Shown: positions 10,469-19,607 of the stretch, piece by piece
Layout: each line of letters begins with the position of its first letter
How positions within the stretch are numbered: the first letter of the stretch is position 1
NCBI GenBank assembly: GCA_051003155.1
Contig: JBPCLO010000037.1
Location: 1 to 33,658, forward strand
Direction: 5' to 3'
DNA: 33,658 bases
Source: Fimbriimonadales bacterium
GTDB taxonomy: Bacteria > Armatimonadota > Fimbriimonadia > Fimbriimonadales > ATM1
Notes under the pieces: generated by a model
What the model was told of the DNA's origin: nothing
The model's database searches: none
What the model saw: the letters and a program-made list of their open reading frames with translations, nothing else
Program-made: the position numbers and the translations under genes

Positions 10469-11047
10469 GTGCGGAAACCCATCCACGCCATCATTTTTGT
10501 GAGCATGGCATCGGTTGCCATGGCGGGGTACTTAATCTGGTCGAGCATGTACGCAAGCTCGATTGAATCGGCTTTGCGTGAGGAAGTAAAGAGAAGAAAT
10601 GCCGCAGCTGTCAATAAAAACCCGACCGCGGCCGAAGTAGAATTGCAGTTTAGTTACGACGGTCGTGGGGAGTATAAGTATACTCTCAGAAACGTCGGGA
10701 AGCGCGATCTAATGGTCGTGCATCCCAGTTACACGCTCACAATTTTCTTTTATTTCTATGATTGGCGTGGCCAATTGTTGGAGCTGCGGAACAAAATTGC
10801 CATGACGTTACCAAGGCCAGGCTCCTTCGGAGGAGATGCGGGCTTTAGGAGCTTATATACGCTGAGGGCAGGAGATGCTTGGACAGTGCCCTGTCGTGAT
10901 GACCAACTGAACAGACACTTCGAGGGTATGAAGGATGTCAAGTATGTCGTCGCGTATTATAGCGCGGACCACCGGGTGACAGAGGACGAACTTGCTGATT
11001 ACGATCTACGGGGAGTGGTCCTGTCCGGGGGACCAGTTAGAAGGTGA
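10469..11047 (+). CDS. Membrane-anchored protein with probable Ig-like domain; candidate immunity protein
   Basis: GGAGG RBS, N-terminal TM, YTLRNVGKRDLMV / TLRAGD / GVVLS pattern shared with 12787-13335; lower GC. Confidence 0.72.
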   Translation: MRKPIHAIIFVSMASVAMAGYLIWSSMYASSIESALREEVKRRNAAAVNKNPTAAEVELQFSYDGRGEYKYTLRNVGKRDLMVVHPSYTLTIFFYFYDWRGQLLELRNKIAMTLPRPGSFGGDAGFRSLYTLRAGDAWTVPCRDDQLNRHFEGMKDVKYVVAYYSADHRVTEDELADYDLRGVVLSGGPVRR

Positions 11048-11205
11048 TCAGCTGGGAGTGGGGAGGTCAAAGGGCTTTGGGTGTGGGTTGGCTGTGGAAG
11101 TTACGTCGGCATTGTAAGCGGCTGCAGGCAGGCGATGAGCTAATCGTGGAACAGGACGGCCGGCCGCGACTCGGAGCCGCTATGAGGTCGCAAAGAGTCC
11201 ATGGA

Positions 11206-12312
11206 ATGCGACTTATTTTGGTGTGGTTATGCTTGGCATTCGGGTCAGCATGCGCAGTCCTCCCGATAACTCTGGCGAGGCTTGCGCTCACCGCAGACGC
11301 AATTGTAGTTGGCGAGGTCGTGAGCATTGAGGCGATGGGTAAAACGCGGGTAGCGGACCTTGAAGTCGAAACGTGGGTAGCTGGCGAGACAAAGCAGCGA
11401 CGACGATCTCACCTCTACTTTATAGCTAGCCCGGCAGATCAATCTGACACCAGCAACGCGGTCGTGGGCGAACGGATGATGTTATTTGCCTCGGTAGTGC
11501 AACCGCGTCTAGGGAAAACTCTAGGCAATGAGTATTCATCGTTTTCAAAAGACCACACCGTTTATCAAATAACTAACGCCGGTGACGGCAGGTTCCTAAT
11601 TGCGGGTTCGGGAAACGGAGAGGTTTCAGTACCCGACGCCGTCATCTTACCAATGAGACTCACGCCGCGCTCAACGCTTGATCTAAAGCGTTTGGTTCTT
11701 TATGCTGCCCAAAAGAAAGCGTCACCATTCGATGAATTGGACCAAGATTTCGAGCTATGGCAGAGCGCCCCTCTGCCAGAAAACCAGTGGATGTATGACA
11801 TTCTCTGGCAGGTGCACACAAAGAAAATACTGAATCTTGAGGGCCGCGGCCTTTTCAAAATGAGCCGGCCACCGTACAGCTTAGAGATGGCGAGCAACAT
11901 CTACGATTGCTACGAAGCATTCGCTAAGCACTTGAAAGCGCTCGAACTTGATTGTCGGCACCATCGTACGGAGATGGCTGCTTCTATAAAGGACCGGATC
12001 GAAGAACTGAGGAGTTGGGCTCCGCAATCTGATGGTTTGCGGAAGTTGATTCAAATATTCGGCCCCGAGCTTCACCGGTTGAAAAAGGACCCTAAGGTGA
12101 TTGACGGCGATATACGCAAATTTCGCCGGCGATTGCTCCAATTGAAACAATCGACGCGTTATGGATCAGCGGATATCTTCGTGATGAACGTTGACGGCAC
12201 AAACCTGAAGCGCCTGACATTCGATCCACATTCGGCCGGCTTTCCAAGCTTTGGCGCCGCTAACAGAGGGCCGAAGCCCAAAGCCGGAGTCATCGCGGGT
12301 CCGTTCAGCTAG
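11206..12312 (+). CDS. Chimeric secreted protein: ADxIVxGxV-type N-domain, SLH-like module, and TolB/PD40-like tail (alternative start 11182)
   Basis: Signal peptide; LARLALTADAIVVGEV; PENQWMYDIL...LRKLIQIFGPEL aligns with 5894-6451; terminal ADIFVMNVDGTNLKRLT. Confidence 0.65.
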   Translation: MRLILVWLCLAFGSACAVLPITLARLALTADAIVVGEVVSIEAMGKTRVADLEVETWVAGETKQRRRSHLYFIASPADQSDTSNAVVGERMMLFASVVQPRLGKTLGNEYSSFSKDHTVYQITNAGDGRFLIAGSGNGEVSVPDAVILPMRLTPRSTLDLKRLVLYAAQKKASPFDELDQDFELWQSAPLPENQWMYDILWQVHTKKILNLEGRGLFKMSRPPYSLEMASNIYDCYEAFAKHLKALELDCRHHRTEMAASIKDRIEELRSWAPQSDGLRKLIQIFGPELHRLKKDPKVIDGDIRKFRRRLLQLKQSTRYGSADIFVMNVDGTNLKRLTFDPHSAGFPSFGAANRGPKPKAGVIAGPFS

Positions 12313-12529
12313 CACTAACGCACGTGCAACTCTGACCTTCGAAACCGGTTGGGCTACAATGTCCCGATGCATTTTGTCCGGGACACTGCTCATCCGAAAG
12401 TCGAGGCGGTGAGGTTAGGGCGATTCGCTGTTGCGGCCCTGCTCGCATTGGCTTTAGTCGGGGCGCCGGCAGTTGATCAGGTCATGTCCGTCTCCGACTG
12501 CCTCGCGACGATGGGCCACGAGCGACGCG

Positions 12530-12787
12530 CGGAACCGCAAATCGCATCGGAAGTCATTACTGTGTGCGGCGGTGCCCCAAACCGAGCTAGGTTTCTTATG
12601 CAAGTGCCCAACTTCAGTGCCGCTAAAGGGCTGTGGCGAGGGCGATGTGAGCATGATCCCAACACTATTTCACGAGCTGGGCCATCTCTGCGGCGAGGAT
12701 TGCAATCTGCACTCTGTTGTTCCAGAATGGAGGTTGGACAAGTACGCACGGTGTGTCGAGAAATGTCTCAGTAACCCCCACATCTAA
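12530..12787 (+). pseudogene. Orphan Cys-rich HExxH metallopeptidase C-terminal tip 1
   Basis: VPLKGC...TLFHELGHLCG (HELGH at 12671-12685). No credible own start. TAATG overlap with the next gene. Confidence 0.7.
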
Positions 12788-13335
12788 TGAGAAGATTGCG
12801 AATAGTTTCTTATTTGATTAGTGGCTTCCTAATCGTTTTTGGCTGCGCGGATTACAAACGCGGCGCTCATCAACCATTAAAAAACGCGAAGGTTGGATCG
12901 AAGGGTCCGCCGAACAAGAATTGGAGGCTGGAAGTAACAAAGCTACACGGATCTGACGATCCAATACTACAAGTCGCACTAGTGAACATTTCCAAGCAGA
13001 CACGCCCAGCCTACTACCCGAACGAGTATGTTACATTGGAGTTAGATCCCGATCCTCCGCTGGTCATTGCGGGCCATGGCGTAGCTGCATTAGCTCCCGT
13101 GACTGACGTTGAACCTGGAGGGAGAATCCCTGGTCGATTTGACATAAGGGATCGCTTGAGGCTCGCCACCACAAAAGACGGCTCATATATATGTAGGATG
13201 CTATATGACGACATGGGGCTGGAAAGTCATCTTGGCGGCGAGCTGAAGCGCAAGCCCTCGGTCGGACGTGTCGTGTCGCCAATCTTTAGGTTGTTTATCC
13301 TTGGGTCCCGCGTTGTTGCTGTGGAAATCGATTGA
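12787..13335 (+). CDS. Lipoprotein, probable Ig-like fold; candidate immunity protein for tip 1
   Basis: Lipobox VFGC; VALVNISKQ / VEPGG / GRVVS; translationally coupled to the HExxH tip. Confidence 0.75.
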   Translation: MRRLRIVSYLISGFLIVFGCADYKRGAHQPLKNAKVGSKGPPNKNWRLEVTKLHGSDDPILQVALVNISKQTRPAYYPNEYVTLELDPDPPLVIAGHGVAALAPVTDVEPGGRIPGRFDIRDRLRLATTKDGSYICRMLYDDMGLESHLGGELKRKPSVGRVVSPIFRLFILGSRVVAVEID

Positions 13336-13442
13336 AACTTCAGATGGTTGCTCAGAATTTACATGTTGCCTTCTGGGACAAAATGACCTGAAAACTCTTC
13401 TAACGACGATCAGCCTCCTGGCGACGGTTTACCAACCAGTGT

Positions 13443-13702
13443 AGCCAGGGCAAACCCTGGCAAAACGGCTAAATCGAGAGCCGCTTTGGCAAGCTCCGCG
13501 ACGAACTCTTGTCCTGCGAACTCTTCGCACGAGGCTCTGAACTCCAGGCCGCCCTCGAGGCCTTCTCGGAACACTACAACCACTTCAGACCTCACCTTGG
13601 ACTCGGCGGCCTCACCCCCGCGGGATTCAAGCAGAGGCTGCAAGCAACCAAGGAGACGGAGATTCTATATTCTTAGCCTGGAGAGAAATCGGGGACCGGT
13701 CA
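13443..13702 (+). mobile_element. IS3-family OrfB 3' remnant (in-frame stop) with right inverted repeat
   Basis: GKPWQNG*IESRFGKLRDELLSCELF...HYNHFRPHLGLGGLTPAGF, stop at 13676, end CTGGAGAGAAATCGGGGACCGGTCA. Confidence 0.88.
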
Positions 13703-13743
13703 GACGTACACGCGCCGGCGGGCAATGCGACTATCATTAGCTT

Positions 13744-14226
13744 ATGAAGCTCGCACTCGCCCTGATACCTTATGCGCTGCTCGGCTGTGGAAAGGCGACC
13801 GATGATACGGTTAGGGCTCGATCATTTGAAGTGGTAGACAGCAAAGGCAGGATAGTTGCGAGGCTTGCAGCCGAAAGCGTACCTCCAGCCGCGAATAGGG
13901 TCTACGAAGATGCCGTCTGGCTGAAGATGTTTGATCCCACTGGACGAGAAAAGATCGGTCTCGGCATGACGGAGTTTGGCTCCCTGTTGCAGATCGACGG
14001 GCCCGAAGATCGGGATCGGATTATGGTAACCCTGGGAAACGGCAATCGGATTTTATTCTATCAAGGTGAGAGCAAAATCATTTTGGACTGCGCCGAGGGC
14101 TCCATCGCAGTGGCGTCTGGACAAGGTAACGAGATGCGGGCAATTCAGCTGTCCGTTTCCGGCGAACCCAAGGTTAAAGTAATGCGAAATGGTAAGTGGC
14201 AAGATGCACCATTGCCCGGCAACTGA
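13744..14226 (+). CDS. Lipoprotein of unknown function
   Basis: Lipobox LLGC; VRARSFEVVDSKGRIVARL; beta-rich; TATCAT 6 nt before the ATG. Confidence 0.78.
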   Translation: MKLALALIPYALLGCGKATDDTVRARSFEVVDSKGRIVARLAAESVPPAANRVYEDAVWLKMFDPTGREKIGLGMTEFGSLLQIDGPEDRDRIMVTLGNGNRILFYQGESKIILDCAEGSIAVASGQGNEMRAIQLSVSGEPKVKVMRNGKWQDAPLPGN

Positions 14227-14233
14227 TAGAGGC

Positions 14234-15082
14234 GTGATAAGAACGGGTTCCAGCTACGAAGCGTGTGCGGGTTGGATTGTATTTCTGACCGCCCTCGCAT
14301 CAGTATTGGGATGCGCCAGTCCTCCCTCAAAGGCACCTGAAACGCCAGTCCTTGGCCGTGCGGAAGCCGAGGTGGTGGCCCGACGCTTCCTGGAAGCCAT
14401 CGAAGCGCCGGACGCAAGGACGGCGAAGCTTCTCTCTTCAAAGCGGCGTGGATCAACTTCACTATACGAAATCACCTTCGTCGGGGATCGCACGATGTTG
14501 GTCAATTCGCGCGATGGGCGCGTAACAGATTACTGGGACGAAACGGAAAGAGCAAAAAAGGGATGGGCGTTCAAATCACGGGGGCAAGCTAAATCATACA
14601 TTGAGCGCGTCGTTTCGAGACTCGGATTGCCGAAGGAAGCGATGCAGATCGATAGCCACTACGAACCTCCGGCGTCGGGAAAACGGGGTTACGTCGGGGC
14701 CGAATATGAGTGGCGGTTGAGTGGCAAGCCCGTGTTTTGCGGGGGGCCGTCCATCGCGTTGCACCTCGACCCGACGACGGGCAAGGTCTCTTCTTACAGC
14801 GCCCGATTCGATTTCATCATCGAGAAGTCAGAATGGAAGGTGAGGGCCGCCGATGCCGAAGCAATTGTGATGCGAGAAACGGCTCGCCAGTACGGTTCGG
14901 CGCCGCGCAGCGTCGGTCCACCTGAATTTGGTTATGTTTTGACGAATGGAAACGATCTTCCGTATGTAGTGCGCCTTGGATGGAGGGTTCCTATCCACGG
15001 AACCAGCCCCTACGAGGCAGCCGTGGATGCTGAGACCGGAACAGTGATTGGCTGGCTAGATATAGGACATCCTTTCCACTAG
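14234..15082 (+). CDS. Lipoprotein with PepSY/YcdB-YcdC-like (peptidase propeptide-like) repeats; start uncertain
   Basis: Lipobox VLGC; VNSRDGRV, LDPTTGKV, VDAETGTVI motifs; ADAEAIV..GYV..LGWRV. Confidence 0.72.
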   Translation: MIRTGSSYEACAGWIVFLTALASVLGCASPPSKAPETPVLGRAEAEVVARRFLEAIEAPDARTAKLLSSKRRGSTSLYEITFVGDRTMLVNSRDGRVTDYWDETERAKKGWAFKSRGQAKSYIERVVSRLGLPKEAMQIDSHYEPPASGKRGYVGAEYEWRLSGKPVFCGGPSIALHLDPTTGKVSSYSARFDFIIEKSEWKVRAADAEAIVMRETARQYGSAPRSVGPPEFGYVLTNGNDLPYVVRLGWRVPIHGTSPYEAAVDAETGTVIGWLDIGHPFH

Positions 15083-15292
15083 GTTAAACGATAGTGTGTT
15101 TCAGGCTAGCGGATGTTGCTGCGGGCTTCATAGTAAGGCGAACGACATACACGTGAGATGATTATGACGACCCGATCTCGCCGCGCGGTACCTTTGGCTG
15201 TTATACCCACGAGGCAGTATGTAGGAACCCCAGCCGCATGCGATCAGCAGCGTTTTACGGCACCTTCCGACCGGCTGTTGCCATAATCTGAA

Positions 15293-15888
15293 ATGATGAG
15301 CATGATCTTGGCGACCGTCTTCGCAATGGCGGCTGCCCAGCCCCAGCAGCCGGACCTCCATTGGGTGGCCACTGTAGACGGCATGGGTATCTCGCTCGTG
15401 CACGTTGGCAACATCATGCGGCGGGCGAAGATTCCCGCGGACATCATGGGCTCGCGTTCGTACGGCGTAAGTGTCAAGCGCTCTGACCTGGAGCGCGCCA
15501 TCATTGTGATAAGGAAGGATGCCAAGGTTAGGCCGTACCACTATATTGAGGCGACGGGCGTGAAGTCGGTTGGACTTCCTGACGAAAAAACCTGGAAGGT
15601 CCATACGCTCAATGTTGCTTGGGATGAGCTGGCCAATTCTGCCGCACTGAAGCGCCGACGCGAACGCATTGGCGCAAAGAACAACGGAAAGCGTACGTAC
15701 AGCGGGTCAGCGCATTCGATATGGAGTACCTTGCCGACGATATGAAGTTTCGCCATGGGTATGTTGCCGTGGTCCACGTTTCCCTTAGAGGGCACCGGAA
15801 CGTGACGGGCCAGTTTCATAGGTGGGCTTGGGATCACGGCGGCCGGGTTGCGACGCGATGGGCTTCCATCGAAGGGTCTGATTCTTGA
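15293..15888 (+). pseudogene. Secreted protein, probable frameshift near 15660
   Basis: Signal peptide MMSMILATVFAMAAA; the ORF stops at 15745 but a second frame (KAYVQRVSAFDMEYL...) stays open to 15888. Confidence 0.5.
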
Positions 15889-15919
15889 GAATTCACGAGT
15901 CCCGCCTCCCTGCCCAGCA

Positions 15920-16260
15920 ACTGCGCCGCCCCGTCATGACAAGCTTTCCCCCGGAGAAGTCGCCGGTAAGCACGAGCGGGCGGCCGTCGTCGCTCCAAAA
16001 AGAATGTGCCGCGGTAGCGGCGCCCTTCATAGGCCGCGTTCTCATCGTAGGTGAGCATGCCCGCCGCCTCGAGTCGCTTGCCGTTCAGGTGCTGCACCCC
16101 TTGAATGGCGTCCAGGTCGGCGATCGGTGTGCCTTGGTCGTCGGCATAGCTGCGACTAAGGGGTGCCGCCCGCTCAGGCGCGACCTGCTTGAGCCAGAAC
16201 TTCCTCGTGTTGTGCATGTGGGCGAGCTGGCCATCGAGCGCCATGCCGTCCTCCGAGGGG
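15920..16260 (-). pseudogene. Chimeric remnant: DinB-like N-part joined to a DUF1579-like piece
   Basis: QLAHMHNTRKFWL, then AAGMLTYD..RYRGTF and, frameshifted, WSDDGRPLVLTGDFSGEKLVMTG. Confidence 0.45.
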
Positions 16261-16339
16261 CTTCACATGCCGGTTCTCATCGGTTATGAGAGAGGCGACC
16301 GCATCGAAGATCCGGCACTGCCGGTCCCACGATTCGAGT

Positions 16340-16702
16340 AAGCTTCGGTGGTTTGGAGACTGCGAAGACGATGAGTCCACCGATTGTGCCCATACGGAAG
16401 ATGGATATGAAGTAGTGATATGTGGCAGATCGCTTCCGAGCCGTTCGCCAAACCATCCCCTGAGAGGTTGCACTGACATAAAGTGTGTTCTGCTCCACGA
16501 AATAATGCACGTTTGTGGATTCAAACATAATCCTCACAACGTTGAGCCCGTTAGCCCTCGCGAGGCCTGCAAGTGCTTTAACTGCACCCGCTTTCTCTTT
16601 CCAGAGTGCGACGGTTATTTTTTCTTCGGAAAGAGGCGCTACAAGGCCGCAGAATGTGACGAATTGCCATCCACGGAGGAGGGAGAGACATGCCTCCCAT
16701 AG
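16340..16702 (+). pseudogene. Orphan Cys-rich metzincin-type metallopeptidase C-terminal tip 2
   Basis: HPLRGC...VLLHEIMHVCGFKH is a full HExxHxxGxxH (starts 16496). It has many Cys and overlaps the start of the next gene. Confidence 0.75.
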
Positions 16703-17115
16703 TCGCAAAAAGGGTAATCTCATTTCTGGCTGTTTTGGTATTGGTAACTTTCGCTTTCGCGGCTGGATATTATTTTGGACGTCCCTCGCCAAACGAATTG
16801 GCCGGCGTCCCTGCGGGTTGGAAGTTGCCACCCGAAAGCATTCTCGGCATTTGGGATCAAAAAGGTGCTGACTCGCGCGCCTCGATAACTTTTTTTAGTG
16901 ACTGGACCTTTTGGTATCACTCTAGACCGGTAATGGCTAGACGCTCTATGGGGAGTTTCCTCATTGAGGGTACTAAAGTGACTCTAAGGCCTCGTTTCTT
17001 TACAAGAACATCAATAAATGATTCGCCCCCGACCTCGCTGGAAATCCTGCGATTAGGATCATCGGTCGCGCTCAGGTCGGAAGCTGGCAAGATATTTCAA
17101 AAACCAAGTGATTAG
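16690..17115 (+). CDS. Membrane-anchored protein with lipocalin-like beta-barrel pattern; candidate immunity protein for tip 2
   Basis: N-terminal TM; ILGIW..ITFFSDWTF..GSFLIEGTKVTL; AT-richer. Confidence 0.72.
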   Translation: MPPIVAKRVISFLAVLVLVTFAFAAGYYFGRPSPNELAGVPAGWKLPPESILGIWDQKGADSRASITFFSDWTFWYHSRPVMARRSMGSFLIEGTKVTLRPRFFTRTSINDSPPTSLEILRLGSSVALRSEAGKIFQKPSD

Positions 17116-17618
17116 ATGTCTAGTTTGCCTCGATTCGCTAACAGTGTAAGTCGTGTTACATTGCGACTCATTTGATGACCTTGGTCGAAAACACAGAAAC
17201 GATTTAACATCGATTTTGGAGCGCCACGAGCGCTCTGAGCCGACGAACTATTTCAGAGATTGAGGGACAAGTCTCCGAATACTAATTTAAGCTCGGTTTT
17301 TATGACCGCTATTGTACAGACCTTTTCTATATGCGGATATATTAGCTACCTTCGAAAACATTTGCTTTAAATACTTGAATTACCATAAGTCATCCGATAT
17401 GTCCGATTCTAGATTCTTAGCAATCACCGCCTGGATCGGTGAGCGAGACGAAGTCAGGCAGCTTCGGAAAGATTTCTCGTCCTTCTGATAACAGAGTTCG
17501 AATGTAATCTCTCCAAAAACATCGCACCCAAACATTTCCAAGGAAGGGCTTGACTGGGAAACTACAAAGGGGGATAAGTTAACGACAACTCTGTAGCTCG
17601 TGTTAGCGCCGCTCCGAC

Positions 17619-17987
17619 TTAGTCCAATTCAAAGTCCAAAAACTCCTCATCAGTACGCCAATGCACGCTTGCAACACCAGCCAATACTCTCTTATTCTCA
17701 TCAAATGTGATCCTGATCGTGTGTTGCGGGACGAAGAGCGAGCCCAAGCGAGCTTCACATAGCACGACCACATATCCATTCCCAGCAGCCTCAAGCTCTG
17801 GCGGCGCATAAACCCCAAGGCGCTTGCAGAATTCTTCGTAAGTATCACCTTTTCTGACCTTGCGTAGGACGATGTCTGGCAGCAATGCTTGACGCGTACC
17901 CCATAAATAGGTAAATCCCCATAACGTCACTGCGCAAGTAACTACGACTGCTGCAAACACTATGTATCGCTTGCCCACGTTGTTCAT
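17619..17987 (-). CDS. Membrane-anchored small protein with SmpA/BamE-like motif
   Basis: N-terminal TM; VRKGDTYEEFCKRLG resembles ixxGMTxEEVxxxLG; IRITFDENKRV. Confidence 0.65.
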   Translation of the reverse strand: MNNVGKRYIVFAAVVVTCAVTLWGFTYLWGTRQALLPDIVLRKVRKGDTYEEFCKRLGVYAPPELEAAGNGYVVVLCEARLGSLFVPQHTIRITFDENKRVLAGVASVHWRTDEEFLDFELD

Positions 17988-18304
17988 AAGATTGAATGGT
18001 TGTCAGCTTTTAAATATTCTTAAAACGGCTCTTACCGAACTCGGCAGGGCCGTTCAAAAACGATGGGTAGCATCGACCTCGCCAAAGCCAAAAGTTTCGG
18101 CAGCAGACCGAGGTCGATGCGCATTTGCGTTCCATCGCAGACCAGCAGAACACATGACTGACCGTGAACCTTCCAAACCACATCCCCACCAGCCCACGAT
18201 CTCTCGGTAAAAACGCATCGACCTCGATCCACCTGCCGCATTTAGCTCCTCGGTAGACATCGAGCTGCGCTTCATCCAGCCAGAACAGTCTGACAAAACG
18301 GCCA

Positions 18305-19462
18305 TCATCCTTGGCGATATGCCTGCTCCAAAACGTCAAACGCGGCTTTATGGGCGGACGGAACGGCGTGCGCGTAAAGGTCGGCGGTAACGCTGATCTG
18401 CGAATGCCCGAGAATCTCCTTGACCACGTTGAGCGGAACACCGTTTGCCACCAAATGCGTTCCGGCGGTATGTCGTAGTTTGTGAAAGCTAACGGGTTTC
18501 CGGATGCCGGCCATTGCTGCTAACTCCTTTAGCTTCTTGTCGACGGTTCGCGGGTCGAGCGGCGTTCCGCGTTCCGAGGTGAAGACTAATCCCAGAGCGT
18601 CCGCATCTTCCAAAACTGAGGCCCACAAAAGACGGTTGGCCCGCTGGTTTTGCAAGGATTCTAGGGCCCCTTCGGTCAGATTTAGAGTCCTCCTGCTGTC
18701 GCGCGTCTTTAGCTGGACGAGCATCAATGACCCGACGCCGTTCGGGCGCTGCAACTGGTGAGTAACTTTAACCTGCTTCCTTTCGAGGTCTACGCTCGCC
18801 CAAGTTAGCCCCGTCGCTTCACCGATTCGGAGCCCCGTATTCAGAGCGAACGTAATGAGGTTACCAAGGTAGTGGCCCTTGGCGGCCTCTTTCAAGGCTG
18901 CGGCTTCGTCGACCGAGAGATAGACGGCCTCTTTCCTTTCGACCGTCGGAAGATCAACCTTGCGGGCTGGATTGTCGACGATCAGCCCGAACTTCCACGC
19001 TCGGTTGAGCGCGTTTCTTAGCACTGCTCGAATGTGGCCGACGGTTCGGGCTGAAAGGCCCTCCTGGATCTTCTTGCCTATTAGTGCTTGTATCATCTGA
19101 GCGGACAATTTGCCTAAAGGCACAGGGCCGAACGCCGGCAGAATATGCGCTGCCATCTGTCGATAGTGTCTCGGGGTCTTCCCGCTCTTGGTGTCGGCAT
19201 AGTCTCGGAGCCAGCCTTCCATAAACTCGCCAAGGGTTTGCTTTTCCGCCTTGGCGGGCAGGCCGAGGCGGAGATTCGATAATGCGGCGTTCAAGGCTTC
19301 GGCGGCTTCGGCCCGCGTTGGCTTTGTGCCCTGAATCCTTGCGGGGTGGCCGGTTTCGCTGTCATAGCCCGTTGAAACTCCCCATTGCCAACGCCCGTCC
19401 TTGCGCTGGTAGATGGAGCCTTGACCGCTCCGCCGTGTGCCTCTGCTCTTTGTTCTTCGCAT
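18305..19462 (-). CDS. int: Tyrosine recombinase / phage-ICE integrase
   Basis: Arm-binding N-terminus GSIYQRKDGRW; catalytic R (TGLRIGE), K (LKT), HxLRH, LGHS and Y (LYAH); GGAGG RBS. Confidence 0.96.
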   Translation of the reverse strand: MRRTKSRGTRRSGQGSIYQRKDGRWQWGVSTGYDSETGHPARIQGTKPTRAEAAEALNAALSNLRLGLPAKAEKQTLGEFMEGWLRDYADTKSGKTPRHYRQMAAHILPAFGPVPLGKLSAQMIQALIGKKIQEGLSARTVGHIRAVLRNALNRAWKFGLIVDNPARKVDLPTVERKEAVYLSVDEAAALKEAAKGHYLGNLITFALNTGLRIGEATGLTWASVDLERKQVKVTHQLQRPNGVGSLMLVQLKTRDSRRTLNLTEGALESLQNQRANRLLWASVLEDADALGLVFTSERGTPLDPRTVDKKLKELAAMAGIRKPVSFHKLRHTAGTHLVANGVPLNVVKEILGHSQISVTADLYAHAVPSAHKAAFDVLEQAYRQG

Positions 19463-19480
19463 CCGTCGGTCCTCCGTTTT

Positions 19481-19523
19481 AGCTAGCAGGCTGCTAGCAG
19501 AGAGTACGGTTTCCTGCTAGCAA
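19481..19523. repeat. Three GCTAGCA repeats; putative integrase arm-type sites
   Basis: GCTAGCAG at 19482, CTGCTAGCAG at 19491 and CTGCTAGCAA at 19514, between int and the att core. Confidence 0.55.
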
Positions 19524-19607
19524 CCGCGAACGTCTACGGATATTATATCACACATTTAGGTTCAAATACGAACATCAGAGCACCGCTATGAACGCACTGC
19601 CCGATAT

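Noticed and set aside
13367..13390. IS3 left inverted repeat (TGCCTTCTGGGACAAAATGACC)
   Set aside because: Only partial similarity to the 1598 end, wrong spacing, and no OrfA follows.
146..18000. Integron cassette array
   Set aside because: No recurring attC-like hairpins seen, genes lie on both strands, and the integrase is phage/ICE-type rather than IntI.
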